Of a stretch of 64,000 nucleotides of DNA, positions 18,178 through 26,877 are shown one piece after another. The DNA is from a virus (taxonomy: Duplodnaviria; Caudoviricetes). How positions within the stretch are numbered: the stretch's first letter is position 1; every line of letters begins with the position of its first letter. The notes below the pieces were generated by a model that was not told the DNA's origin, searched no databases, and saw only the letters and a program-made list of their open reading frames with translations. The DNA is taken from the IMG/VR virus record IMGVR_UViG_3300011678_000001, positions 64,001 through 128,000 of that record. One strand, written 5' to 3'. Both the position numbers and the translations under genes were made by a program.

Positions 18178-20007
18178 ATGGCTGATTTGGAACAAACGGT
18201 AGCCGGTCTTAAAACCGCTATCCAGAACTTGGCGACTAACCTCAGTCAGTTGACCAAGCAGAATGGTCTGAAGCTTGAAGGTTTGGACCTCAATGCCCTG
18301 TCGACTCAGATCCTGCTAGGCACAGTAGCTGATGCCAACCTGCTGGACAGCAAGACGTACGCTGACCTGCAAACGGCCGTAGTCACCGAAGGCAATTCCA
18401 CTCAAGCACAGTTGACTGCGTTTATTGCACGCCGGGACAATCCGCATGCAGTGACCGCTGAACAAGTCGACCTCGGTAACCTCATCGACCAAGGCTTTGC
18501 CACGGCTGAAGAAGGTCAACTGGGCGTCAGCAACAAGTACGTCGATCCGGCAGTGGTTAAAGCTGTTGTCGATCAGGCCGTAGCTGACTTCACCACCGGT
18601 TCGCCGGAGGACATGAATACGCTCGACGAGATCGCGGCGATTCTCAAGGACGACCCCCAGACCATCAACAACCTGATCTCTCAGGTCGGTGGACTGATCA
18701 GCATTGCTGATGCCCAAGCCAAGATGGACGCCATCATGGTGCCCGCCACTGCAAAAGCGGACACAGACTTCGCTAACGTACTGGCCAGTGCTAAAGTCCA
18801 CTCAGACAGCAACGTAGGCACCTTGGCGGACTTCCTGGCAAACTTGGCTGATACATTGAAGACCGGCTTTGAAATCCTAGTGCCGTTTGAAGCGCTGATG
18901 GTTACTGGTAGTGGTACATTGTCCACCGGTGCGTTGGCATACGGCTGGCGCGCGTCCACGGTGGAGACGCCGTTTGGTCGAATCAGTGACACGGTGTTTG
19001 GTAAGAATCAGACGGTCAACATGATCTACTGGCTTGCCGCAACCAAGCAGTTCATTGTTCGTGTCCAGGGTCTGGTAGCCCCGTCCATGCAAATGGCTGG
19101 ATTGGTTGTTAACGGCGTGGTCATGCCGTATTCACAGACCATAGCGACTGATACCCAGACGTCGTTCTACTTCGATGGCGCAGGTCTCACTGTACCGACT
19201 GCGGTTGGCTTCCCGCTGGCTGTGAAGATGATCGCTGTGGTGCCTAAGGTGATTGCACTGCCGGTCTATGAAGCAGACCTGACCATCGGCGTGACTTCGG
19301 CAATTGTTGCCGGACAGCCGACCTACGGTTACCGTCCAGCTTCCGGGACTTTCCCAATCGGTGCGGTCAGCAATCCCAACTGGGCTAACGGTGCGGTCAT
19401 CCGGGCATTCAACTGGTTCTCGCATGTTCGTGAACTGCGTGTCAGTATCGACGGTGATCTGACAAATGACGGTACCCCGACAGCCATGATTGGGGATGTG
19501 GTCCTCACGTGCACATGGCGCTATTACAGCGCGGTGACCGGCCAGACGACATTCGTCTTTGCCTGGAAGGAAACCCTGCCAACTTCGGGCACAGTGCCGA
19601 TCCGCATGTTCATGAAGCAGGGGGCTGTAGTGCCGCTGTTCCGTCATGAGACCGCCATTGTGGTCGGTAACAAGTCGCTGAACAACATGAACTTCCTGGG
19701 TTACCGTGACCCGGTCAGTGAAGGCATGGGCAGCATCGGGGCACCTAACTACAAAGGCCTCACTGCCCACAAGATCCTGTTTGCACAGTGGAACACCACT
19801 TCTCGTCAGGTGAGTGTGTACGTCATGGGTGACGTCAGGGCAGACAACATCAGCGAGATTGAGTTCGACGGCATCCGCTTGAATAACCGTATCTTGTTTG
19901 ATCTCCAGACCACCACAGGCATCGGTACTTACACCCGTCACATGTTTGATTCCACCGGGCTGACGCAACCACTGGTCAACGGGGAATCTGTTTACCTGCG
20001 GTTCTAA
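18178..20007 (+). CDS. Fibre-family protein with three C-terminal beta modules (paralog 4)
   Basis: Shared N-terminal ~230 aa, then three ~120-aa G(Y/W)R..G.(I/V)S modules. Confidence 0.75.
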   Translation: MADLEQTVAGLKTAIQNLATNLSQLTKQNGLKLEGLDLNALSTQILLGTVADANLLDSKTYADLQTAVVTEGNSTQAQLTAFIARRDNPHAVTAEQVDLGNLIDQGFATAEEGQLGVSNKYVDPAVVKAVVDQAVADFTTGSPEDMNTLDEIAAILKDDPQTINNLISQVGGLISIADAQAKMDAIMVPATAKADTDFANVLASAKVHSDSNVGTLADFLANLADTLKTGFEILVPFEALMVTGSGTLSTGALAYGWRASTVETPFGRISDTVFGKNQTVNMIYWLAATKQFIVRVQGLVAPSMQMAGLVVNGVVMPYSQTIATDTQTSFYFDGAGLTVPTAVGFPLAVKMIAVVPKVIALPVYEADLTIGVTSAIVAGQPTYGYRPASGTFPIGAVSNPNWANGAVIRAFNWFSHVRELRVSIDGDLTNDGTPTAMIGDVVLTCTWRYYSAVTGQTTFVFAWKETLPTSGTVPIRMFMKQGAVVPLFRHETAIVVGNKSLNNMNFLGYRDPVSEGMGSIGAPNYKGLTAHKILFAQWNTTSRQVSVYVMGDVRADNISEIEFDGIRLNNRILFDLQTTTGIGTYTRHMFDSTGLTQPLVNGESVYLRF

Positions 20008-20054
20008 TGACATAGAGGGCGGGATGCCCCGCCCTTCCCAAGAGGTGAGCTTCA

Positions 20055-21521
20055 ATGGAACAACTTGCATTACAGGTGAAGTCTGCCTTCCAGTCATTGG
20101 CCACGAACCTGGCTAACCTGACCAAGCAGAACGGCTTGAAGTTGGAAGGTCAAGACCTCAATGCCCTGACCCTTCAGATTCTAGCACAGACTCTGGCCAA
20201 CACCGACAAGCTTGAAGGCTACAGCTATGCTGACCTGCAAGCCATGGTGGGCGGCGCTGAATCCAGTGTGGCTGACATCCAAGCACAGCTTGATGCGCAC
20301 ATCGCACGTACTGACAACCCCCACCAGGTCACGGCTGAACAGGCCGGTCTGGGCAATGTGACCAATCAGGGCTTTGCGACGGCTGAAGAAGCAGATCTCG
20401 CGGTGACAAACAAGTACATTGACCCGGCGCTGGTAAAGGTTGCGGTTGATCGTGCGATTGCCGCACTGAGTGAAGGCGCTCCTGAGACCATAGATACCCT
20501 GCAAGAAATTGCAGCCATCTTCAACAACGACCCGCAGGTTGTCAACAACTTGATCACGGCCGTTGCCGGTCTGATCTCGGTTGCTGATTCGCAGGCGTTG
20601 ATGGATTCGACCCTGGTCACAGTCAACACCCGGACAGACTCTGCGTTCAGTACGGTCTTCACCCAAGCTAAACTGCATTCGGACAGCAACATCGGTTCGT
20701 TGGCAGATTGGCTCAGTGAACTGGCAGCATCGTTCAGTCCGCTTAAAGTGTTGTATGAACTGGTCATGTCTATTGGCGGTCCTAACAACATGGGTAACCG
20801 TGGTTACTCCACATCGAAAGGTGCCAGCCTAGGTACCGGTGGAGCGATCGGTAGTATCAGCCGCACCGTCCTCACCGGAAGCGCTAACATTGCGGCAATC
20901 GTTAACCGATATGAAGACAACCAAATTCGGATGGAGTTCTATCCGATGAGTGCAGGTGCCGGCATCGGCGTGGTTGATTCGGTTGAAATCGGTGGGGTGT
21001 CGTATAAGTTCGCCAGTCGTGGTGGCAACCCTTACAGCGACAGCTACAGTATGCACTTCACAGGCGAAGCAGGCAAGTTCCCGCCAAACGGCGATAACGT
21101 TCCTGTGAAATTCATGATGAAGGCCCCTGTCCTGAAACTGATCCATGACACCAATATCACCGTGGGCCGTGCAGCCGGTATTCAGCCAAGTGGTTGGAGT
21201 TACGGTTATCGGGTCTACGGTAACTACCAGTACGGTTCGATCGTCGACAACACCATCGAAGATGCACTGAACATTCAGATCGTCTCATGGCATGATTACA
21301 ACCGGTTGTTCCAGTTCGTCCTTCTGGGTGATCGTCGGACCAGCTTCCGTTTGGATAAGGTCATGTTGGGTACGACCGAACTAGATATGTCGGCCGCTGT
21401 ACCGACGTACAACAGCAGCCAGAACTTGACCGGCTGGGCGGTTGCCTTGCCTGCTGAGTTTGTCATTGGTGCGTTGCTTGGTCAGTCAGTGCCACTTAAG
21501 GTCTACGGCGAGCGTCTGTAA
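20055..21521 (+). CDS. Fibre-family protein with two C-terminal beta modules (paralog 5)
   Basis: N-terminus closely similar to the 18178 protein; divergent C-terminal modules. Confidence 0.75.
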   Translation: MEQLALQVKSAFQSLATNLANLTKQNGLKLEGQDLNALTLQILAQTLANTDKLEGYSYADLQAMVGGAESSVADIQAQLDAHIARTDNPHQVTAEQAGLGNVTNQGFATAEEADLAVTNKYIDPALVKVAVDRAIAALSEGAPETIDTLQEIAAIFNNDPQVVNNLITAVAGLISVADSQALMDSTLVTVNTRTDSAFSTVFTQAKLHSDSNIGSLADWLSELAASFSPLKVLYELVMSIGGPNNMGNRGYSTSKGASLGTGGAIGSISRTVLTGSANIAAIVNRYEDNQIRMEFYPMSAGAGIGVVDSVEIGGVSYKFASRGGNPYSDSYSMHFTGEAGKFPPNGDNVPVKFMMKAPVLKLIHDTNITVGRAAGIQPSGWSYGYRVYGNYQYGSIVDNTIEDALNIQIVSWHDYNRLFQFVLLGDRRTSFRLDKVMLGTTELDMSAAVPTYNSSQNLTGWAVALPAEFVIGALLGQSVPLKVYGERL

Positions 21522-21663
21522 TAAATCTCCCGCATTTATCGTGAGATACTATGAGAGAGCGCTTTCTACGCTGTAGTCAGTGCTTTATCCGAGAATCGCT
21601 CAGGCTCGCTAATTACACGGTCTGGGTGGTTCTTGTTTTCCATTTTGTCGAGGACAATTGAAC

Positions 21664-23757
21664 ATGGCAATGACAAACGTGGCTCTTGAAACTGCTTTGA
21701 AAGCAGCTCTTCAACGCCTGGTCACCGCGCTGGCTAACAAGACCGCGCCTGACTCCCTTAAACTCGAAGGCCTGACCCTTGTTCAGGTGACTGAGCAGAT
21801 TCTGGCTGGTAAAGCCGCGACTGCCGGCACTGCCGACAACTCGCTGGCCCTCGGCGGTAAAGACCTCGCCACCATCGAAGCTGAACGCGCTGCTGCGCTG
21901 ACCGCTGCGATCGACGCCCTGCGTACCGAACTGGAAGGTTCTGTTGCTGGTGTGACCAAAGAAAGCATTGGTCTGGGTGATGTCGTTAACTACGGTGTTG
22001 CCACCGAAGAACAAGCCCTGGCTGGCGCTGCTGACAAATACGTCACTGCCTTCCTGGCCGACAAAATCGCTCAGGCCAAGATCGACGAACTGGTCGGTGC
22101 TTCCCCGGAAACACTCAACACCATTCAAGAGATCGCAGCGGCGCTGAACAACGACCCAGACGTCATCAACACGATGATGACTGCGATCGGCACCAAGGAG
22201 ACTCCGGAAGGTGCTCAGGCGAAGGCCGACGCGGCTGAAGCTGCTGCTATCACTGCAGCGGCCACTGACGCTCAGACCAAAGCTGACGCCGCTCAGGCGG
22301 CTGCCATTGCAGCTGCTGCAACTGATGCCACCACCAAAGCGGATGCTGCCCAGCAAGCTGCTATCGAAGCCGCTGCCCTGGACGCCACGTCCAAAGTAGA
22401 CGCTGCTGCCGCAGACCTGCAAGTTGCCATCGACGGCAAACTGGGTAAAGGCGAGCAGGCTGCTGACTCGGCGTTGCTCGGTGGTCAGACTGCTGCACAG
22501 ATCATCTCCGCTGCGCAAGCTGGCGTGGACATGTCCAACGTCGTTGTCAAAGGCAGCAACGTTGACACCAACACCATCACTCAAGGCGAAGGCGAGACTG
22601 CCACTCAGGTTGCCCTCAGCACCCTGATCGCTCAGCTGCAGGCGGGTATTGCTGCTGCTGGTGATAGTGCTGACCTGGAAGCCCTCCAGACCAGCTTCAA
22701 CGCCTTCGTAGCCGCTAAGGCCACCAGCGAAGACGTGATCGCCGGTACTGACGACGTCAAGTACGTCACCTCCCTGTCGGCCAAAGCTGCGATTGACGCC
22801 GCTGTAGCTGAACTGGTTGGTACCGCGCCTGAAGCGCTCGACACCATCAACGAGTTGGCTGCTGCGCTCAACAACGATCCGGACATCATCAACACCCTGA
22901 TGACCCAGATCGGCGAGAAGCAGACCGCTGCTCAGGTTCAGTCGGCCATCGACGCTTCCTTGGTTGCCGTTAACACTGCCATCAATGCTGCTCAGGAAAC
23001 AGCTGACAGCAAACTCGGTGCCACTGCCCAGGCGGCTGACTCCGCGCTGTTGGAAGGTAGCACCAAAGCCCAAGTCGTCGCTGAAGCGGCTGCTGCTGCC
23101 AAGACCGCTGCAGATGCTGCCTACGTTGCCCAAGGCGGTAACATCGGCACCAACACCCTGACCGTCGGTGCTGACGAAGTCGCTCTGGCTACCATCATCA
23201 CTGACCTCCAGGCTGCCATCGCTGATGCTGGTGATGCGACTGCCCTGCAGGCTGTCAGCGACAAGCTGGATGCGTTCATCGCCGCTAAGGCCACCTCGGC
23301 TGAAGTGATCGAAGGCCTGGATGACAGCAAGTACGTTACCGCTGTTGGCGTAAAAGCCAGCGTCGATGGCGCCATTGCTGCTCTGGTTGACGGTGCTCCG
23401 ACTGCACTCGACACCTTGAAGGAACTGGCTGATGCGCTGGCTAACAGCGAAGACGCCGTTGCTGCACTGACCGTCGCCATCGACGGTAAGCTGGGCAAAA
23501 CCGAACAAGCTGCAGACTCCCTGAAGCTTAACGGTAAAACCCAAGCTGAACTGACCTCGGCTGCTGCTGACCTCGACGACGCCACTGGCGCCGCTGGTGC
23601 TGGCAAGTTCGCTGATGCCGGTCAGGTGGCTGTCAAGCTGGCTGCAGTCAACACTGCAACCGCTACCGTTGCAAGCGATCTGGAAGCGCTGGTCATTGAA
23701 CTGACCAATGCCTTCGATACCGCTGCTGCGGACCTGGAAGGTACTCCGGCCGTCTAA
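21664..23757 (+). CDS. Long Ala-rich fibre protein (paralog 6)
   Basis: Three (A/S)PxxL(D/N)TxxE(L/I)AxAL units; 19-aa KADAA repeats; strong codon bias; TATG at 21550; terminator 23769-23801. Confidence 0.8.
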   Translation: MAMTNVALETALKAALQRLVTALANKTAPDSLKLEGLTLVQVTEQILAGKAATAGTADNSLALGGKDLATIEAERAAALTAAIDALRTELEGSVAGVTKESIGLGDVVNYGVATEEQALAGAADKYVTAFLADKIAQAKIDELVGASPETLNTIQEIAAALNNDPDVINTMMTAIGTKETPEGAQAKADAAEAAAITAAATDAQTKADAAQAAAIAAAATDATTKADAAQQAAIEAAALDATSKVDAAAADLQVAIDGKLGKGEQAADSALLGGQTAAQIISAAQAGVDMSNVVVKGSNVDTNTITQGEGETATQVALSTLIAQLQAGIAAAGDSADLEALQTSFNAFVAAKATSEDVIAGTDDVKYVTSLSAKAAIDAAVAELVGTAPEALDTINELAAALNNDPDIINTLMTQIGEKQTAAQVQSAIDASLVAVNTAINAAQETADSKLGATAQAADSALLEGSTKAQVVAEAAAAAKTAADAAYVAQGGNIGTNTLTVGADEVALATIITDLQAAIADAGDATALQAVSDKLDAFIAAKATSAEVIEGLDDSKYVTAVGVKASVDGAIAALVDGAPTALDTLKELADALANSEDAVAALTVAIDGKLGKTEQAADSLKLNGKTQAELTSAAADLDDATGAAGAGKFADAGQVAVKLAAVNTATATVASDLEALVIELTNAFDTAAADLEGTPAV

Positions 23758-23768
23758 CGGCGATTCGG

Positions 23769-23801
23769 CATAGAGGGAGGGCTTCGGCCCTCCCTCTATG
23801 T
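23769..23801. terminator. Bidirectional terminator
   Basis: catagagggagggc-ttcg-gccctccctctatg. Confidence 0.85.
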
Positions 23802-23803
23802 TG

Positions 23804-24364
23804 TCAGTCCAATGTCTCGTCATCAATCGTTCGTACGATGCCTTCATCCGTGACCCGTATGCGTCCTTCATCATCCACCCGGCGCAACCCTGCTGACCAG
23901 AAGATGTGAATCGTTTTACGGCCCACGTAGATGTAGGATTCTTCTTTAGCGAAGATGTCAATGCTGGTGAACTGTGCCAGTGAATCGAACGTCCCGTCCA
24001 CATCAACGTCAAACTCACCATCGACCAAGTTGAACTTCCCGTCAAGGTACGCAATCAAGGCGTCCTTGTCGTTGATGCCGTATGTCTCTTTGGCATCAAT
24101 GGTAAAGGTCGGGTAGTGGCTGTCAATGTTGGCACGGGCGTAGTACATGTCCTGCTGGCCCTTGAACGGCCCACCGGCTTTTGCCTTGACCAAAATGATG
24201 GTGTTGTCACCGTGTTCATCCGTGGCATCCATTGGACGCGGGGTTTCCACCTCCACCGCATTAGGATCAAGCTTCGCCCGGTTGGTTCGATACACCAAGG
24301 CAAAGAGGTTCTCTAGTGCGGTCTTGTCTGGGTCAAACTTGAAGTTATCTGTCTTACATGCCAT
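23804..24364 (-). CDS. Putative virion structural protein
   Basis: FKGQQDMYYARANI...SYIYVG; same family pattern as the 15347 protein. Confidence 0.65.
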   Translation of the reverse strand: MACKTDNFKFDPDKTALENLFALVYRTNRAKLDPNAVEVETPRPMDATDEHGDNTIILVKAKAGGPFKGQQDMYYARANIDSHYPTFTIDAKETYGINDKDALIAYLDGKFNLVDGEFDVDVDGTFDSLAQFTSIDIFAKEESYIYVGRKTIHIFWSAGLRRVDDEGRIRVTDEGIVRTIDDETLD

Positions 24365-24392
24365 AGCGGTCTCGGTTGAAATAGAGCAAGGG

Positions 24393-24758
24393 TCATACTA
24401 TTTCCCCGAGGTAGTAGATGGTGTAGCCGTTATCGTCAGCCACCTCCCGGATAAAGTCTACAAACAGATGCCGGTGACAGAACTTACCCGCTTTACAGTA
24501 ACAGGCCACCGCCAATGGACCAGGTCTTTCTAGGAAGCCCTGAAAGTCCTCAGGAACGGCCCTGAGACGCTCTGTAAGCTTCGTTAAGTAGATCTCCGTA
24601 TATTGGTCGTCTGTGACTTCGCCGCGCTTGTAGGCGTACAGTACGTCTTTATACGGGGCAAAGGGTTCGAAGCCTGATTTGACGGTGATGTCAAACAACT
24701 CAATCCCTTCGGCCTTTGCTTTACGCCATTGAGGAATGGCGATGGTATATAGGTTCAT
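24393..24758 (-). CDS. DUF488-like protein
   Basis: AAGGAGG RBS before MNLYT; DITVKS..FAP..Y...ACYCKAGKFCHRHL. Confidence 0.6.
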   Translation of the reverse strand: MNLYTIAIPQWRKAKAEGIELFDITVKSGFEPFAPYKDVLYAYKRGEVTDDQYTEIYLTKLTERLRAVPEDFQGFLERPGPLAVACYCKAGKFCHRHLFVDFIREVADDNGYTIYYLGEIV

Positions 24759-24812
24759 CCCCACCTCCTTAGGCAGTCTATACACTAGGTCGACTTATTT
24801 CCAAATCACGGC

Positions 24813-25253
24813 AAAACAAAAAAGAAAATAATGTACATCCCCCAGTGATCAAACCCATGATAGAGTTGAATCACTGGAGGCTGCACATTGCGACGGGTTC
24901 AGCGAGGAGTGGCACCTAGACCGTCGAACGTCTTCTCGGGATAGCCGGCCCTTGACGACGTTGTTTCCGTGCTGCGATGCGGAGCAAGAGCATCGACACA
25001 TCATCGTTTACTGGCACGCACTGCTAGGTAGCGGTGGAAGCAGGGCGCCAGAACAAGCAACAACCTTGATTATCACGACGAGTTCATCAAGGGCAACGAA
25101 GAAGACCCAGGAGGCCGAAGCCTCCGTGGGTAGTGGGCGGTAACTACGTCATTGGGGGTGACTACCGCGCCGGCTGCGGAGGACAATCCGCGCTATCTAC
25201 GCAGTTAAGCGCATTCGGTTTCAGGCACCATGTTGTGAAAGAACAGGTCCTAC
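24813..25253 (-). ncRNA. Putative ~440-nt structured non-coding RNA
   Basis: TATG at 25256-25253; consecutive stems with G-U pairs on the minus strand; a cUUCGg hairpin; 25-bp terminal stem plus U-tract; no credible ORF. Confidence 0.65.
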
Positions 25254-25319
25254 ATACTATACTGGTTTTTACTGCTAAAAATTGCAGGAGCAGGTGGGGA
25301 CCGAAATCCCCACGTCTCG

Positions 25320-26828
25320 TCAGATGTCTAGCAGCGCACCCATTGCACGCAGGTTGGCATCGCCATCACGTACCGAGGCAGTCACCCAGGTCTGGTAATG
25401 ACGGGCCAGTACTTCACTAGCCTGTGGAGATACCATGGAGCTGTCGAAGGCGAAGTCATCGCTCAGACCAGCAGACAGCGCACTCTGACCGATGTCAGTC
25501 AACATGTCATGCTCACCGAGGAAGGTCATCAGGCTGTTGAGAATGTCTTTGACTTTCTCTTGGTCTTCACTGCGAACGGCCAGCGACTCGAACACAACAG
25601 GTTGATCCATCGATTCGGTCGAAGCTTTCTTGTCTTCGTCCTCTTCTTCGTCATCACTGCTGTCGGTATCGTTGTCAGTGGTTTCACTCGCATCGGCTGC
25701 ATCGACTTCAGCGGCGTCTACTTCGGCATCGCCGGAGTCATGCGCTGCATCAACCGCGGCAGCATCCGGTACGTCGTTAGCCGCGTCATCGACAGTGCCT
25801 TCGTCAGCTGTTTCACCAGCCTCGTCAGTCACCGCATCCAGATCATCAGCCGCTTCTACAACGTCCGCTTCTGCATCAACCAGAGCAGGTTCGCCACCTT
25901 CGGCTTCAACACCGGCATCATCCGCTACGGCATCAACCGTTGCATCGGTAGCTGCGTCGAGGTCGGTCTCATCCAGGTCGTCAGTGACGCCTTCATCGGT
26001 ACCGGACACTTCGACATCGGCATTGTCATCGGAGGTGATCGCATCAGCCACTTCATGTTGGATACTGGTCACGGTGGTTTCCGCATCCAATACAGCACCC
26101 GAAGCGTTTTCGCTGCGATGACGTTCGATAGCATCGCCCATCGGATCACTGCCGTCAGAACCCACGCTCTCGGCTTCGCTGCGTGCCGCTTCGGCTTGCT
26201 CGATTGCCGATTCGTGAGCCTTGTTCACCAGGGCTTCGATTCGCTCAACGGCGTCGGACATCTCGCCCAGCACTTGGGTTTCTTCCAAGGCTTCCATGGA
26301 GATACCAAGCGCTTCGAGGTTGCCTTCGACCCGCTTAGCCACCTGGATGACCATCGGACGGACCTGATCGACAGACAAGGCTTCCATAGAGAGGATTTGG
26401 CGAACCAGTTCGACGTTTTCACGATACAGGCCAACCACTTCGGCGGTGTACAGGGATTCTTGAGAAGCGGTTTCCGAATCACGGGTGGTGAACGGGACCG
26501 GCTCTTCCGATTCGGCCTTCTCCATCAATGATTGTTCGATGGCTTCGACTTCCGTCAGACGAGGCGTCAGAACGTCCTGCATGATCAGTTCGATCCGTGC
26601 CTGAGGCTCTTCAACGCCTTCGACCACTTGCAAATCGCCTTGGTGATCGGCTTCTTCCAACACGTTCTCAGTGAGCAGTTGGAAAGCAGTGGCCGTGTTG
26701 TCTTCGAGCGACGGATTAGCCAGCATAGCCTGACCGACAGCCATCAGCGATTCCAGACCGGTGCGGTAGTTCTGTGCTTCATGCAACAGGTCTGCAGCGC
26801 TGAGTTGCCCGGTAGATTTATGCGTCAT
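25320..26828 (-). CDS. Acidic internal head protein with multiple prohead-protease sites
   Basis: Many S/A/G-x-E motifs (SLE, SQE, SME x2, ALE); D/E/A-rich low-complexity tract. Confidence 0.7.
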   Translation of the reverse strand: MTHKSTGQLSAADLLHEAQNYRTGLESLMAVGQAMLANPSLEDNTATAFQLLTENVLEEADHQGDLQVVEGVEEPQARIELIMQDVLTPRLTEVEAIEQSLMEKAESEEPVPFTTRDSETASQESLYTAEVVGLYRENVELVRQILSMEALSVDQVRPMVIQVAKRVEGNLEALGISMEALEETQVLGEMSDAVERIEALVNKAHESAIEQAEAARSEAESVGSDGSDPMGDAIERHRSENASGAVLDAETTVTSIQHEVADAITSDDNADVEVSGTDEGVTDDLDETDLDAATDATVDAVADDAGVEAEGGEPALVDAEADVVEAADDLDAVTDEAGETADEGTVDDAANDVPDAAAVDAAHDSGDAEVDAAEVDAADASETTDNDTDSSDDEEEDEDKKASTESMDQPVVFESLAVRSEDQEKVKDILNSLMTFLGEHDMLTDIGQSALSAGLSDDFAFDSSMVSPQASEVLARHYQTWVTASVRDGDANLRAMGALLDI

Positions 26829-26877
26829 CTTATGACCCTCTTAGTTTCATACTCCCGTTTTACAAGGAATATAGGAA

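Noticed and set aside
24813-25253. tmRNA or RNase P interpretation, prompted by size and the SspB gene
   Set aside because: No tRNA-like acceptor/T-arm ends or CCA, and no GAGGAAAGUCC-type RNase P signature.
24952-25420. Two short plus-strand ORFs over the 440-nt structured region
   Set aside because: Non-ATG starts, unprotein-like composition, overlap with a hairpin and the end of the next gene; the G-U pattern favours a minus-strand RNA.
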